A DNA stretch of 64,000 nt from Longimicrobiales bacterium. GTDB taxonomy: Bacteria; Gemmatimonadota; Gemmatimonadetes; Longimicrobiales; RSA9. The notes beneath the pieces were generated by a model. It did no database searches. It saw nothing but the letters and a program-made list of their open reading frames with translations, and was not told where the DNA came from. The translations under genes and the position numbers were made by a program. Within the stretch, counting starts at the first letter, position 1. Every line of letters begins with the position of its first letter. Positions 8,192-17,146 of this stretch are shown here, piece by piece. The stretch spans positions 1,924-65,923 of the forward strand of contig JBOHRE010000003.1 of the NCBI GenBank assembly GCA_050732635.1, written 5' to 3'.

Positions 8192-10071
8192 CGATCGTGT
8201 GCGCGCGCGCGGCGAAATGGCTGGAGCAGATGCATGGCATCTGGCGAATCAGCGAGGTTCGCGCGTTCGCCCGGGTCCATCTCGAGATCATAGAGCTCCT
8301 CACCGCCCCCACTCGTCCATATGTAATGTATGCCGTTCTCGACCAGGGAAACCATGTCGCCGTTCGCCGCTGGATACCATTGCGGTAAGCGCACGCCTTG
8401 CGTTACCTCCGAACGGACAGGTCCCCGAGACCCGTACGTGCTGGATTCCCAGTATCGCGCCATCGAATTCCCCGGAAACGACGCGGCGGTGTCGAACGTC
8501 AACTCTGCGATAGTCGAAGCGAGATCCGTCAGGCCGACCGAATGCTCGACTCTTACGCCTTGCGGGACGCCCGGTGGATAGAAGATCAGCAGTGGGACGT
8601 GCAGCGCGGGCATGTACAAGGTATGTCCATGCAGGTAGGCGCCGTGCTCTCCGAATTCCTCGCCGTGGTCGGATGTGACGATCACGAGCGTGTTGTCGAG
8701 CAGCCGCCGATCCTCGAGCGCCTCGAATAGAGCCGCTATTTGCGCATCTATGTACAAGATCGACGCGTCGTAGCTATTGATCTCCAGGCGTAAATCGTCG
8801 GGATCCATACCGTCGCGACGCTGTCCTGGAGTTGTGCGACGCAGAGGGCTCAAGCGGCCTGGCCGGTCGGCCCCCGCGATTACGTGATAAAACGAGTCCG
8901 GCGGCAAATACGGGTCGTGCGCATCGAAATAGTTCAGAAAGGCGAAGAATCGGCGGTCGCTAGGCGAGTCGATCCAGCGCAGGAATTCCTCGTTGATCGT
9001 CGCTGCGCTCCTGCGCCCGAGGAGCTCATCCGTGCCGATCAGCGCTCGCAACGCGCGTCGCGGGGCGATCATGCGGCCGAGCGTTGAGCTCCTAATGAGC
9101 TCTGCGACGGAAATCGGATGATCCACATACGTATGGAACCCGCGATCGAGGCCGGTTTCATACGTCGCATATATCAAGTTCGCGACGAAACCGCCCGTCC
9201 GATATCCACGTTCCGAAAAGAACTCTGCCAGCGTGGGCTCGGCCTCATCCAAGGGGACGAGCCAATCCGCAGACAGCTGGTGTGGCAAGAGCCCGGTGAA
9301 GATGCTCGCGTGCGACGGAAGCGTCCATGGCGCGGGCGACAGCGCCTGGTCGAACACCACGCTGCGCGCCGCGAGCCGGTCGAGCCACGGTGTCGTCGAC
9401 CGTGCGTACCCGTACAGGCTGAGGTTGGCGGCCCGGACGGTGTCCAGGATGATGAGCAAAACGTTCGGGCCTCGCTGTAAAGTGGAGGCAGCTCGTCCAC
9501 CGCCAGCTTTCCCGATCGCGTGAGTCGCGCTGAGCCCGAAGCCGAAAAGAACCACTGCCGCCGCAAGCCACGGGGTGGTCCGGCGGAGGAGCTGCCCGAA
9601 GTCAGGTGGTGCAGCCGCAGCTCTACGCGCGGCGGCTGCTGCGATGCCGATCACGAGCAGCAGAAAAGCTATCCAATGGAGCCGCTGAAACAGGTACGGG
9701 AACAGGACCACGAGCACCGCCGGAATTGCCAGCACGAAGACTGTCGCATCAGTGCGAGTCCAGCGAGGCCGGTACTTAGCGATCACGGCAATGACGAGCG
9801 CGGCCAGGCCGAAGAAAACGACATAAACGATTGGCACCATCCAAGCGTAGTGTGGGCTTCGATGGATGAATTCGCCAAGCACGAAGCGACGAACAGTAAT
9901 ACTCGAGGCATCCGCGAGCCCTGTAAGCAACGCGAACCAGAGCCCAATACGGATTACTTCGCGGCTACTGGATGTCTCCCGGTCGGCGACGCTGGGCCTC
10001 GGCTCACGACCGCGATGTGTATCTAGGTGTTGGGGATGCGCCCTCGGCCGCGACACTGGTTTCATGGTCAT
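8188..10071 (-). CDS. Membrane-anchored sulfatase-fold (alkaline-phosphatase superfamily) enzyme, paralogue 1; LtaS/EptA/OpgB-like architecture
   Basis: About 190-aa N-terminal region with ~5 hydrophobic helices, then NVLLIILDTVRAANLSLYGY...TPWLDRLA...SPAPWTLPSHASIFTG and VIVTSDHGEEFGEHG. This is the sulfatase scaffold, but C-x-P-x-R is replaced by T-L-P-S-H. ATG 10071 forms an ATGA overlap with the upstream stop. Confidence 0.85.
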   Translation of the reverse strand: MTMKPVSRPRAHPQHLDTHRGREPRPSVADRETSSSREVIRIGLWFALLTGLADASSITVRRFVLGEFIHRSPHYAWMVPIVYVVFFGLAALVIAVIAKYRPRWTRTDATVFVLAIPAVLVVLFPYLFQRLHWIAFLLLVIGIAAAAARRAAAAPPDFGQLLRRTTPWLAAAVVLFGFGLSATHAIGKAGGGRAASTLQRGPNVLLIILDTVRAANLSLYGYARSTTPWLDRLAARSVVFDQALSPAPWTLPSHASIFTGLLPHQLSADWLVPLDEAEPTLAEFFSERGYRTGGFVANLIYATYETGLDRGFHTYVDHPISVAELIRSSTLGRMIAPRRALRALIGTDELLGRRSAATINEEFLRWIDSPSDRRFFAFLNYFDAHDPYLPPDSFYHVIAGADRPGRLSPLRRTTPGQRRDGMDPDDLRLEINSYDASILYIDAQIAALFEALEDRRLLDNTLVIVTSDHGEEFGEHGAYLHGHTLYMPALHVPLLIFYPPGVPQGVRVEHSVGLTDLASTIAELTFDTAASFPGNSMARYWESSTYGSRGPVRSEVTQGVRLPQWYPAANGDMVSLVENGIHYIWTSGGGEELYDLEMDPGERANLADSPDAMHLLQPFRRARAHDR

Positions 10072-11957
10072 GGCCGCTGAACACCGGCCACGGCCGGCGC
10101 GTCTTCGATCTCCACTCGCCAGTCCAGCACGCCGGGTTCCGACCGTCGATGCAAGTCTGCACGGAGGGAACGGAGCACGAAGGAGGTCCGCTCCTCATCC
10201 GCCAGATTGTGCAGTTGCTGGGGATCACTCTCGAGCTCGTAGAGCTCTTCCGCTCCGGACTCGTACAGTGTGAACTGCCACCGGCGCGTCACGACCGCAG
10301 CCAGCCAACCTCGCGAGCTGGGCCAGTTCGCATCGACCATCGACCGGCGCGCGAGCTCCGCGAGAACGGCAGGCGGCGAGGTCGCGGCCTGGAACATCGA
10401 GGGCTGCGGGAAGCTCGACTCGAAACCCAGCAGCTCGGCGATCGTCGTCGGAATCTGGGCCACACCGACCACCTGGCTCACGCGCTCGCCGACCGGCAGC
10501 CCAGCACCAGAGCGAACGATCATCGGGATGTGCAGCTGCTCGCGATACAGGCTGTGGCCGTGGTACATCATACCGTGCTCGCCCCAGCTCTCGCCGTGAT
10601 CGGAGGTGACGATGATGACCGTATTGTCGAACAGGCCGCGGTCGTCCAACGCCTCGAACAGACGCCCCAGCTCGCTATCCAGGTACGCGATCGACTCGTC
10701 ATAGCGGTCGACCATGCTGCGCAGCTCGGCCTCGTCGGGCAGTGTGATATCGTCGCTCAAGGCACCGATATCGATCTCCCTGGGCCTCTCGCTCACCGGC
10801 GCCACAGCCGAAAATCGGCCCCGGTAGCCCTCGGGCGGGAGGTAGGGCCCGTGCACATCGAAATAGTTCACGAAGGCGAAGAACGGACGCTCGCCGAGCG
10901 CGTCGATCCAGCGCAGAAGATCCGCGTTCACATCGGCCGCCCACTTGCGACCGGGCACATCGATCAGCCCGAATCGCGGCAGTACCTCATAGGCCAGCCG
11001 CCGGCCCAGAACCGTACGCGCCACAGCGTCGCCCAGTGAACCCCAGAAGTCTTCGTAATGGATGAAGCCTCGATCGAGACCGGTCTGGCGACCCACCCAG
11101 AACGTGTTGGCTATGAAGCCGCCGGTGGCGTAGCCGCGCTCCTGGAGGAACTCCGCAAGTGTGGGGAAACGGTCATCCAGGTAGGGACGCCGCATGACCC
11201 CGGCTCGGTGCTCGTGCAGCGCGCGCCCGGTCATCATCGTGGCGTGTGTGGGCAGCGTCCACGACGACGTCGCGTAGGCGTTCTCGAACAGCACACCCTG
11301 CCGCGCCAGGCTGTCGAGGTGGGGCGAAGTCGCCCGTGGGTAGCCGTAGCTCGAGAGGTGGTCTGCTCGCTGCGTGTCCAGCACCAACAGGAGCACGTTC
11401 TGCGAGCGCGTGGCCGGTTCCGGAAGCCGTCTCAATGCGAGGGCTTCGCGAGTGCGAGCAACACCAGCCAGACCCGCGAACAGCACCAGTACGGCGGCTG
11501 CCAGCGCCGGCAGCGTGCGTCGCACCAGCCGAGCGGCGGCAGCGCGACGTCGCCGGTACAGCCGCGCGGCGGCGACACCGACGCCGGCGCCGAGTACACC
11601 CGCCGCGAGATCGGAGATGCCAAGGCCGGGCAACGTGGTCGCGAGGAATGCGCCGCCGCCGACGAGAAGCGCGACGAGCACACTGTCCCACGGCGCGCGC
11701 CGTATGATGAAGGCCAAGCCGCTGCTCAGCAGGGCGACCGCCGCGAAGACGAAGGCGTAGAACAGCGGTGCAAAGGCGAGCACGTACGCCGAGTTACCAG
11801 TTCGCCATGACAGCGCTCCGGGCACGAAGCCCAACGCCACGAACAGAAAGGCTTCGATGAGGCCGTAGACGAGTCCGAGCCAGACGGCAAGAGACAGCAG
11901 ACGGAGCTGCGAATGCGAGTGCGTCAATTCGGCGCCCTCCTCGAACGGCTCGCCCAT
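10068..11957 (-). CDS. Membrane-anchored sulfatase-fold enzyme, paralogue 2
   Basis: N-terminal multi-TM region, then NVLLLVLDTQRADHLSSYGY...SSWTLPTHATMMTG...IIVTSDHGESWGEHG. ATG 11957 overlaps the upstream gene end by 34 nt. Confidence 0.85.
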   Translation of the reverse strand: MGEPFEEGAELTHSHSQLRLLSLAVWLGLVYGLIEAFLFVALGFVPGALSWRTGNSAYVLAFAPLFYAFVFAAVALLSSGLAFIIRRAPWDSVLVALLVGGGAFLATTLPGLGISDLAAGVLGAGVGVAAARLYRRRRAAAARLVRRTLPALAAAVLVLFAGLAGVARTREALALRRLPEPATRSQNVLLLVLDTQRADHLSSYGYPRATSPHLDSLARQGVLFENAYATSSWTLPTHATMMTGRALHEHRAGVMRRPYLDDRFPTLAEFLQERGYATGGFIANTFWVGRQTGLDRGFIHYEDFWGSLGDAVARTVLGRRLAYEVLPRFGLIDVPGRKWAADVNADLLRWIDALGERPFFAFVNYFDVHGPYLPPEGYRGRFSAVAPVSERPREIDIGALSDDITLPDEAELRSMVDRYDESIAYLDSELGRLFEALDDRGLFDNTVIIVTSDHGESWGEHGMMYHGHSLYREQLHIPMIVRSGAGLPVGERVSQVVGVAQIPTTIAELLGFESSFPQPSMFQAATSPPAVLAELARRSMVDANWPSSRGWLAAVVTRRWQFTLYESGAEELYELESDPQQLHNLADEERTSFVLRSLRADLHRRSEPGVLDWRVEIEDAPAVAGVQRP

Positions 11958-13753
11958 TGGACCGGCGGGACGGTCGCGGTGCCGGATCGCGCCGGATGCG
12001 CACGCTCTGCCTCTTTCAGCCGCTGCCGCATTCCCTTCAGGATGGGCTCCGCTGATCGGCTACGGGACAGATCGACCATCTCTCGAGGATCGCGACGGAG
12101 GTCGTACAATTCCTCACGCCCATTTCGGTAATGGATATAATGCCAGTCTTTCATCACGATCGAGGCGTTGCGACCGAGCTCGGACACGGCGACAGCCGTA
12201 TCAGCCGTCGCGCGCGCATTTGCCCACAGCCGGGTCAGCGGGCGCCCCGGGACTGCGGCAGCACGGTGTCCGACCAGCTCGAGCACGGTCGCAGGAAGAT
12301 CCCGTAGCGTCGCCGGTGCCGGGATCCGCTGCCCAGCAGGTATCGCGGAGCTTCCGGGGAACGAGATCAGGAGCGGCACGTGCAGCGCCGGCATGTAGAG
12401 ACTCGTGGCATGGCCGGTGCGGCCATGCTCCCCGAAGAGCTCGCCGTGATCCGACGTTATGATCAGGATCGTGTTGTCGAGAATGTTTCGGCTGTCGAGC
12501 TCATCGAGCAGTCGACCGATTTCGTGATCCATGTATGCTATCGCGGCATCGTACCGGCGGACCGCCTCCCGACCGCTTCGCGGCTGCGCCCCGAACGAGC
12601 CGAACCAGCGCTCCGTAAAATCCGCCTCGCGCTGCTCGGCACTTTGCCACAGCGTATCAAACGCTTCCGGAGCCGAATACGGCCGGTGCGCATCGAAATA
12701 GTTGAGAAATGCAAAGAACGGCCGCTCGCTCGTATCCAGCCACGCGAGAAATTCCGCGTTTACTTCCGCGGCACTCTTCCGCGAGCTGGTCCGCTCCTCG
12801 ATATCCTCGAAGTAACGCGTCAGGTGGAGAAGCTGGCCGGGTGTGGAGCTCAGCAAGAGCTGCCACAGGTTGATCGGACTGCTACTGAAATGGATGAATC
12901 CGCGGCCGAGGCCACTCTCCCGCGTCGTGTAATAGTAATTGGCCGTAAACGCAGCGGTTTGATAGCCGCTGTCGCGAAGCAGCTCCGCCAGCGTAGCATA
13001 CCGTTCGCCGAGCGGCCGCTGGAAGCCGAACTCCAGCTCTCGTGGGTGTCGACCGGTGAAAATACTGGCGTGCGAAGGAAGCGTCCAAGGCGACGTGACG
13101 ATCGCACGATCGAACACAACAGCGCGCTGAGCAATCCGTTCCAGTCGCGGTGTCGTCAAACGCTCGTAACCATACAGGCTGAGATTGGCGGCGCGTACGG
13201 TATCGAGGATGAGCAGGAGAACATTCGGCGATTCGGCTCGGGCCTGAGGCACGTCGGCAGAGCTGATCTGCTCGGCGGTCAAGCGCGTTCCGATAATGCC
13301 GACCATGAGGAAGCCCACGGCTGCGGCCATTGGTCCCGCCGTGACTCGGACCATCCGGCGAAACCCAGCCCAATGAGACGCGGCCAGCCAACCGGTTTGG
13401 ACCGCTAGACCGAGAGACAGCGCCGCCAGTGCAGCGGCGTGCCAGCGGTCTCCAACAACGAGGCTGAGCAAGCTCCCATACGCGCACAATGCGAAGATGC
13501 CGACCACGAGCGCAGGATCCGCGAAGCGATCCCGGTATAGACTGGCGAGCCACAGCGCGAGTCCGACCAGACCGAAGAAGAGGACGTAGGAGAGGGGCGA
13601 CATCCAGGCCACGTGAACGCTCGCCCACACGATCTCGTGGAGCGCGTACCGCTGGATCAACAGCACGGCGGCCTCGACGAATCCGCAGATCAAGCCGAAC
13701 CAAGCCGCGATCAGCAGAATCGGAGACCTCGTCCGCGCGCTGCCCAGTGCCAT
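11924..13753 (-). CDS. Membrane-anchored sulfatase-fold enzyme, paralogue 3
   Basis: The ORF track gives 11924..14383, but its first 210 aa overlap the upstream membrane-protein gene and are Arg/Gly-rich. ATG 13753 (MALGSARTRSPILLIAAWFGL) overlaps the upstream TGA as TGATG. Motifs NVLLLILDTVRAANLSLYGY...SPWTLPSHASIFTG...LIITSDHGELFGEHG. Confidence 0.8.
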   Translation of the reverse strand: MALGSARTRSPILLIAAWFGLICGFVEAAVLLIQRYALHEIVWASVHVAWMSPLSYVLFFGLVGLALWLASLYRDRFADPALVVGIFALCAYGSLLSLVVGDRWHAAALAALSLGLAVQTGWLAASHWAGFRRMVRVTAGPMAAAVGFLMVGIIGTRLTAEQISSADVPQARAESPNVLLLILDTVRAANLSLYGYERLTTPRLERIAQRAVVFDRAIVTSPWTLPSHASIFTGRHPRELEFGFQRPLGERYATLAELLRDSGYQTAAFTANYYYTTRESGLGRGFIHFSSSPINLWQLLLSSTPGQLLHLTRYFEDIEERTSSRKSAAEVNAEFLAWLDTSERPFFAFLNYFDAHRPYSAPEAFDTLWQSAEQREADFTERWFGSFGAQPRSGREAVRRYDAAIAYMDHEIGRLLDELDSRNILDNTILIITSDHGELFGEHGRTGHATSLYMPALHVPLLISFPGSSAIPAGQRIPAPATLRDLPATVLELVGHRAAAVPGRPLTRLWANARATADTAVAVSELGRNASIVMKDWHYIHYRNGREELYDLRRDPREMVDLSRSRSAEPILKGMRQRLKEAERAHPARSGTATVPPVQWASRSRRAPN

Positions 13754-15300
13754 CAGCTGCTCGGGTGTGGGGCAGCGATTGGTGCTGCCACGCGGCGATC
13801 GCTTGGCGCCGCCGGAGCGACTGTCGAGAAGCGCCCGGTCCACCTGATGATCGCTACCATGAGCACGACTGCCGTGAGGTATGTGATAAGTCCCAGGCGC
13901 GGTGCCGATTCGATCAGCCAATCGACACTGAGCAAGGGCGCCGCGACCGCGAAGGCCAGGATGAAAGCTGCGAGCCGCGTCTCCCAAATCAATGCCGCCA
14001 GCGGTAATACCCAGAGAACGAACCACGGCCAGACGTGGCCGACCACCACGAACAGGATCAGCGCCATTACCGCCAGGCTCGCACGTGCCAGGTGCTTCGC
14101 ATCGGGATTTCGAAACAGAGCCGCCAGGTAGTAGAGCAGGAGCCCCGTGCCGAGACCCGCGAACACCGCCGTTGCGATCGGAACCGTCAGCGGCACGCCG
14201 GCCATGCGCGCGAGTGAAGCCAGCGCCACGCCCGGAGTCCAGAACACCCAGTTCTGCATCTGTCGAGTAGCGTCCAGCACGTGCGTGTCCCTGGCGAAAA
14301 GTAGCATGAGCCCGGCAGCTGCGAGAATCGATACACCCGCTCTGAGCAGATACCGCCGATCGGTGAGTCGGCGCTGCCGCCATGCGATGAGCAGCTCGAG
14401 TGCGGCCAGAGGCGCAGTCACATATTTCACCAGCGCGGATACGAACAGCGTCGGCATGGCCCAGCCTGACCAGCGCAGGGGCCGGCTGGCGCAGAAGAGC
14501 CAGAAAACCATGAAGAAGGCCATGACGATGTCGTTATGGCCTTCGCCGATCGTGAGATGGGCGGATACAGGCAGCCATCCAAAGAACACGACAGTCAACG
14601 CCTCGTGAAGCGGCGAGCGGGTCCGCGCTTCGCGCCGCAGCAGGAACAGCGTGCCGATCCAACATCCCGCCAGCGTGAGTTTGAACAATAGGAAAGTAAG
14701 CCAGACGCTACTGCCGCCGAGCGCGGCGAGAAACGCGGCTACCAGACCCCAAGCGGGCCCATAGGTCATGCGATCGCCGAAATCCTCGACCGGTAGACCA
14801 GCCATCGCCGAGGTCGTGAACGCGTCGTAGTACGGGTTCGCGCCTGCGCCGATCATGCGACCCCAGATCACGGACAGCCAGAAATCCTGGGTGAACGCCG
14901 GTAGCGCGAAGACACTGATCAATGCGGCTCCGCAGGCGAAGCCGGTCAGGTTTCGGATCGCGCTGCAGTCGATCCGATCCGGCGCCCTGGCGATTCGCCA
15001 GGCGACATACACGGCCGCCAGCGTTGCCAGGAGCAGGGGCCCAAAATAGACAAGCAGCCGAATGGCCGGCTCGGTCAGCGGGGAATCGCCGCTGACGTAC
15101 CGAGCCAGCGCATCCCGAGCATCAGCCGGGAGCGGCATTGCGGCAGAGAATCGCTGCAGAAGGTCCAGCTCTCGAGGCTGCTCGATCTCACGCGGTGAGA
15201 CTGGCGCCAATCCGAACGAGATCGGTACGAGCGCAGCGAAGGCAATGAGGTGGAGGAGCCCCGCCAGCCGGATGTCCCGGATCAGCTCACTTCCGTGCAT
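13753..15300 (-). CDS. Polytopic membrane glycosyltransferase-like protein (GT-C, MptB/GT87/DUF2029-like)
   Basis: More than 10 hydrophobic helices. Motifs TQDFWLSVIWGRMIGAGANPYY, MTYGPAWGL and GEGHNDIVMAFF resemble polyprenol-phosphate-mannose-dependent mannosyltransferases (from memory, needs an HMM check). Start is ATG 15300 (MHGSELIRD) or GTG 15327. Confidence 0.65.
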   Translation of the reverse strand: MHGSELIRDIRLAGLLHLIAFAALVPISFGLAPVSPREIEQPRELDLLQRFSAAMPLPADARDALARYVSGDSPLTEPAIRLLVYFGPLLLATLAAVYVAWRIARAPDRIDCSAIRNLTGFACGAALISVFALPAFTQDFWLSVIWGRMIGAGANPYYDAFTTSAMAGLPVEDFGDRMTYGPAWGLVAAFLAALGGSSVWLTFLLFKLTLAGCWIGTLFLLRREARTRSPLHEALTVVFFGWLPVSAHLTIGEGHNDIVMAFFMVFWLFCASRPLRWSGWAMPTLFVSALVKYVTAPLAALELLIAWRQRRLTDRRYLLRAGVSILAAAGLMLLFARDTHVLDATRQMQNWVFWTPGVALASLARMAGVPLTVPIATAVFAGLGTGLLLYYLAALFRNPDAKHLARASLAVMALILFVVVGHVWPWFVLWVLPLAALIWETRLAAFILAFAVAAPLLSVDWLIESAPRLGLITYLTAVVLMVAIIRWTGRFSTVAPAAPSDRRVAAPIAAPHPSS

Positions 15301-17143
15301 GATCCGCTGTGGCCAGCTGCTGCGCACGCCGGAGCTCGCTGCGCAGCTCAGCCATTACGCCAGCCATGGATGGCAATCCACTCAGATCGTGCGCCTGACC
15401 AGGATCACGCACGATATCGAACAGGAGCTCGGTTCCGTCACCATTCTGGATGTACTGCCAGTCGCCGCGGATCACCGATGCCATGTCGCCCTTGCTCACC
15501 GGCCATTCCGGCGGTGTTCGGATGCCTTTGGTGAGTGCCGCGAGCGCCGGCACGTCATTTCTCCGGACATCGCCGGCTTCGCTCAGGTCCCGCCAATATG
15601 GATTCAGACTCTCTCCCGAAAACTCCGCATCCAGGCCTGCCAGCTCGGTAAGCGTCTGCGCCAGAGTTCGCACGCTGACCACATTGTCGACTCGCATGCC
15701 GGCGGGGATGCCCGGACCCCACACGAACAGCGGCACACGCAGGACCGGCATGTACAGGCTATTACCGTGTCCCGTGAGATCCTGCTCGCCAAACATCTCA
15801 CCGTGGTCCGAAGTCACGACCACCACAGTGTTCTCGAGGACATCTCGGCGCTCCAGCGCAGTCAGCAGCAGGTGCAGCTGATCGTCCAGGTAAGCCAGGG
15901 CTCCATCGTACCCTTCGATGCCTCGGTTCTCATGCCGGAACCGCCGTCGGTACTCGGACGGGGGACGGTACGGCTGGTGAGCATCGTAGTAATTCAGAAA
16001 GACGAAGAACGGACGTTCGTCGGCCCCATCCAGCCAGTGAAGGAACTCCTTGTTCACCTCGGATGCGTCCTTACGGTCGGAAAATGGATGGTACGGCTGC
16101 CAGCCCGCCCGCCATGCTTTCACACGCTGTCCCAGGCCGGCCGTGAGCAACCACTGCCTCCAGGTCCATTTATAATCGCGATACTCCAGAAACCCTCGCG
16201 CGAGACCGGAATCGTGGCCGGTGTACAGCAGATTCGCCACGAAGCCGGCGGTCAAATAGCCGGCGTCGCGAAACGCCTCGGCGACTCTCGGGAACCGCCG
16301 ATCCAGCGGAACCTTCCAGTTGGTCTCCAGTTCGACTGCCTCTCGACCGGTGAAGAGACTCGCATGCGTTGGCAGCGTCCATGAAGACGTCGCGATCGCA
16401 TGGTCGAACGTCACGCCTTGTGCCGCCCACCGATCCAAATGCGGCGTGGTCAGTCGTTCGTAGCCGTACAAGCTCATGCTTTGGGCGCGTACGGTGTCGA
16501 GAATGATCAGCAGGATGTTGCGGCTGCCGCTGGGAACGGTCCCGGTCAATGCGGCCATCTCATTCCGCTGCGTAACTAGCCGCCATCCTCCAGTTCCAGC
16601 GGCCGCGGCGATCACGAGAGCCAGAAAGAGAGCCAGCGTGCGAGCGACCAGGGCTTCGAATCGCTGCCAACGTTGGCGAGTCATTCGCGTGATCTGGATG
16701 GCCAGTCCGAGTGCGAGTCCGGCTGCGCCCCAAGCATTCAATAGATGCCAGCCGAACGTGTTCAGCAGACCGAAGCAGGCGAGAAAGGCAAATACGAAAA
16801 CGGCCGCGAGTCTCGATCGGTCGCTTCCGGTGAGCCACGGCAGCAGTGCCAGAGCCAGGATCGGCAGCGTGAAGAAAGCAAGATTCGCAAGCGGTGGCAG
16901 CCACAGCGCGTGGAAGGGTAGCCAAACAAAACGATCGAGCAACAGCAGCACGGCTACACGACCAGCTTCAACGAGCCCGCCCGCTAAAGCGAACCAGATG
17001 CCGATCAGTGCAATCCAGCCGCTGGCCAACAGCCTTTGTCGGACGAGCTGCGCTGCTGCAGCGGATGCCGCCGCTTCACGCTCGCGGCCGGGCGGCATTA
17101 GCGTGCCGCTCGATAGTGGCTGGTTCATAGGGCGAGGGCACAA
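15287..17143 (-). CDS. Membrane-anchored sulfatase-fold enzyme, paralogue 4
   Basis: N-terminal multi-TM region, then NILLIILDTVRAQSMSLYGY...SSWTLPTHASLFTG...VVVTSDHGEMFGEQD. The track start TTG 17143 lies 3 nt after the upstream TAA. Alternative ATG at 17128. Confidence 0.85.
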   Translation of the reverse strand: MCPRPMNQPLSSGTLMPPGREREAAASAAAAQLVRQRLLASGWIALIGIWFALAGGLVEAGRVAVLLLLDRFVWLPFHALWLPPLANLAFFTLPILALALLPWLTGSDRSRLAAVFVFAFLACFGLLNTFGWHLLNAWGAAGLALGLAIQITRMTRQRWQRFEALVARTLALFLALVIAAAAGTGGWRLVTQRNEMAALTGTVPSGSRNILLIILDTVRAQSMSLYGYERLTTPHLDRWAAQGVTFDHAIATSSWTLPTHASLFTGREAVELETNWKVPLDRRFPRVAEAFRDAGYLTAGFVANLLYTGHDSGLARGFLEYRDYKWTWRQWLLTAGLGQRVKAWRAGWQPYHPFSDRKDASEVNKEFLHWLDGADERPFFVFLNYYDAHQPYRPPSEYRRRFRHENRGIEGYDGALAYLDDQLHLLLTALERRDVLENTVVVVTSDHGEMFGEQDLTGHGNSLYMPVLRVPLFVWGPGIPAGMRVDNVVSVRTLAQTLTELAGLDAEFSGESLNPYWRDLSEAGDVRRNDVPALAALTKGIRTPPEWPVSKGDMASVIRGDWQYIQNGDGTELLFDIVRDPGQAHDLSGLPSMAGVMAELRSELRRAQQLATADHARK

Positions 17144-17146
17144 TGA

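Noticed and set aside
13754-14383. N-terminal 210 residues of track ORF 11924..14383
   Set aside because: This part overlaps the upstream GT87-like membrane-protein gene in another frame and is Arg/Gly-rich junk. ATG 13753 gives an N-terminus (TM helices) that aligns with the three paralogues and overlaps the upstream stop as TGATG.
8188-17143. Annotating the four paralogues as arylsulfatases
   Set aside because: The formylglycine-generating motif (C/S)-x-P-x-R is replaced by T-L-P-(S/T)-H in all four, and each has an N-terminal TM bundle. A phosphotransferase or other alkaline-phosphatase-superfamily chemistry is more likely.
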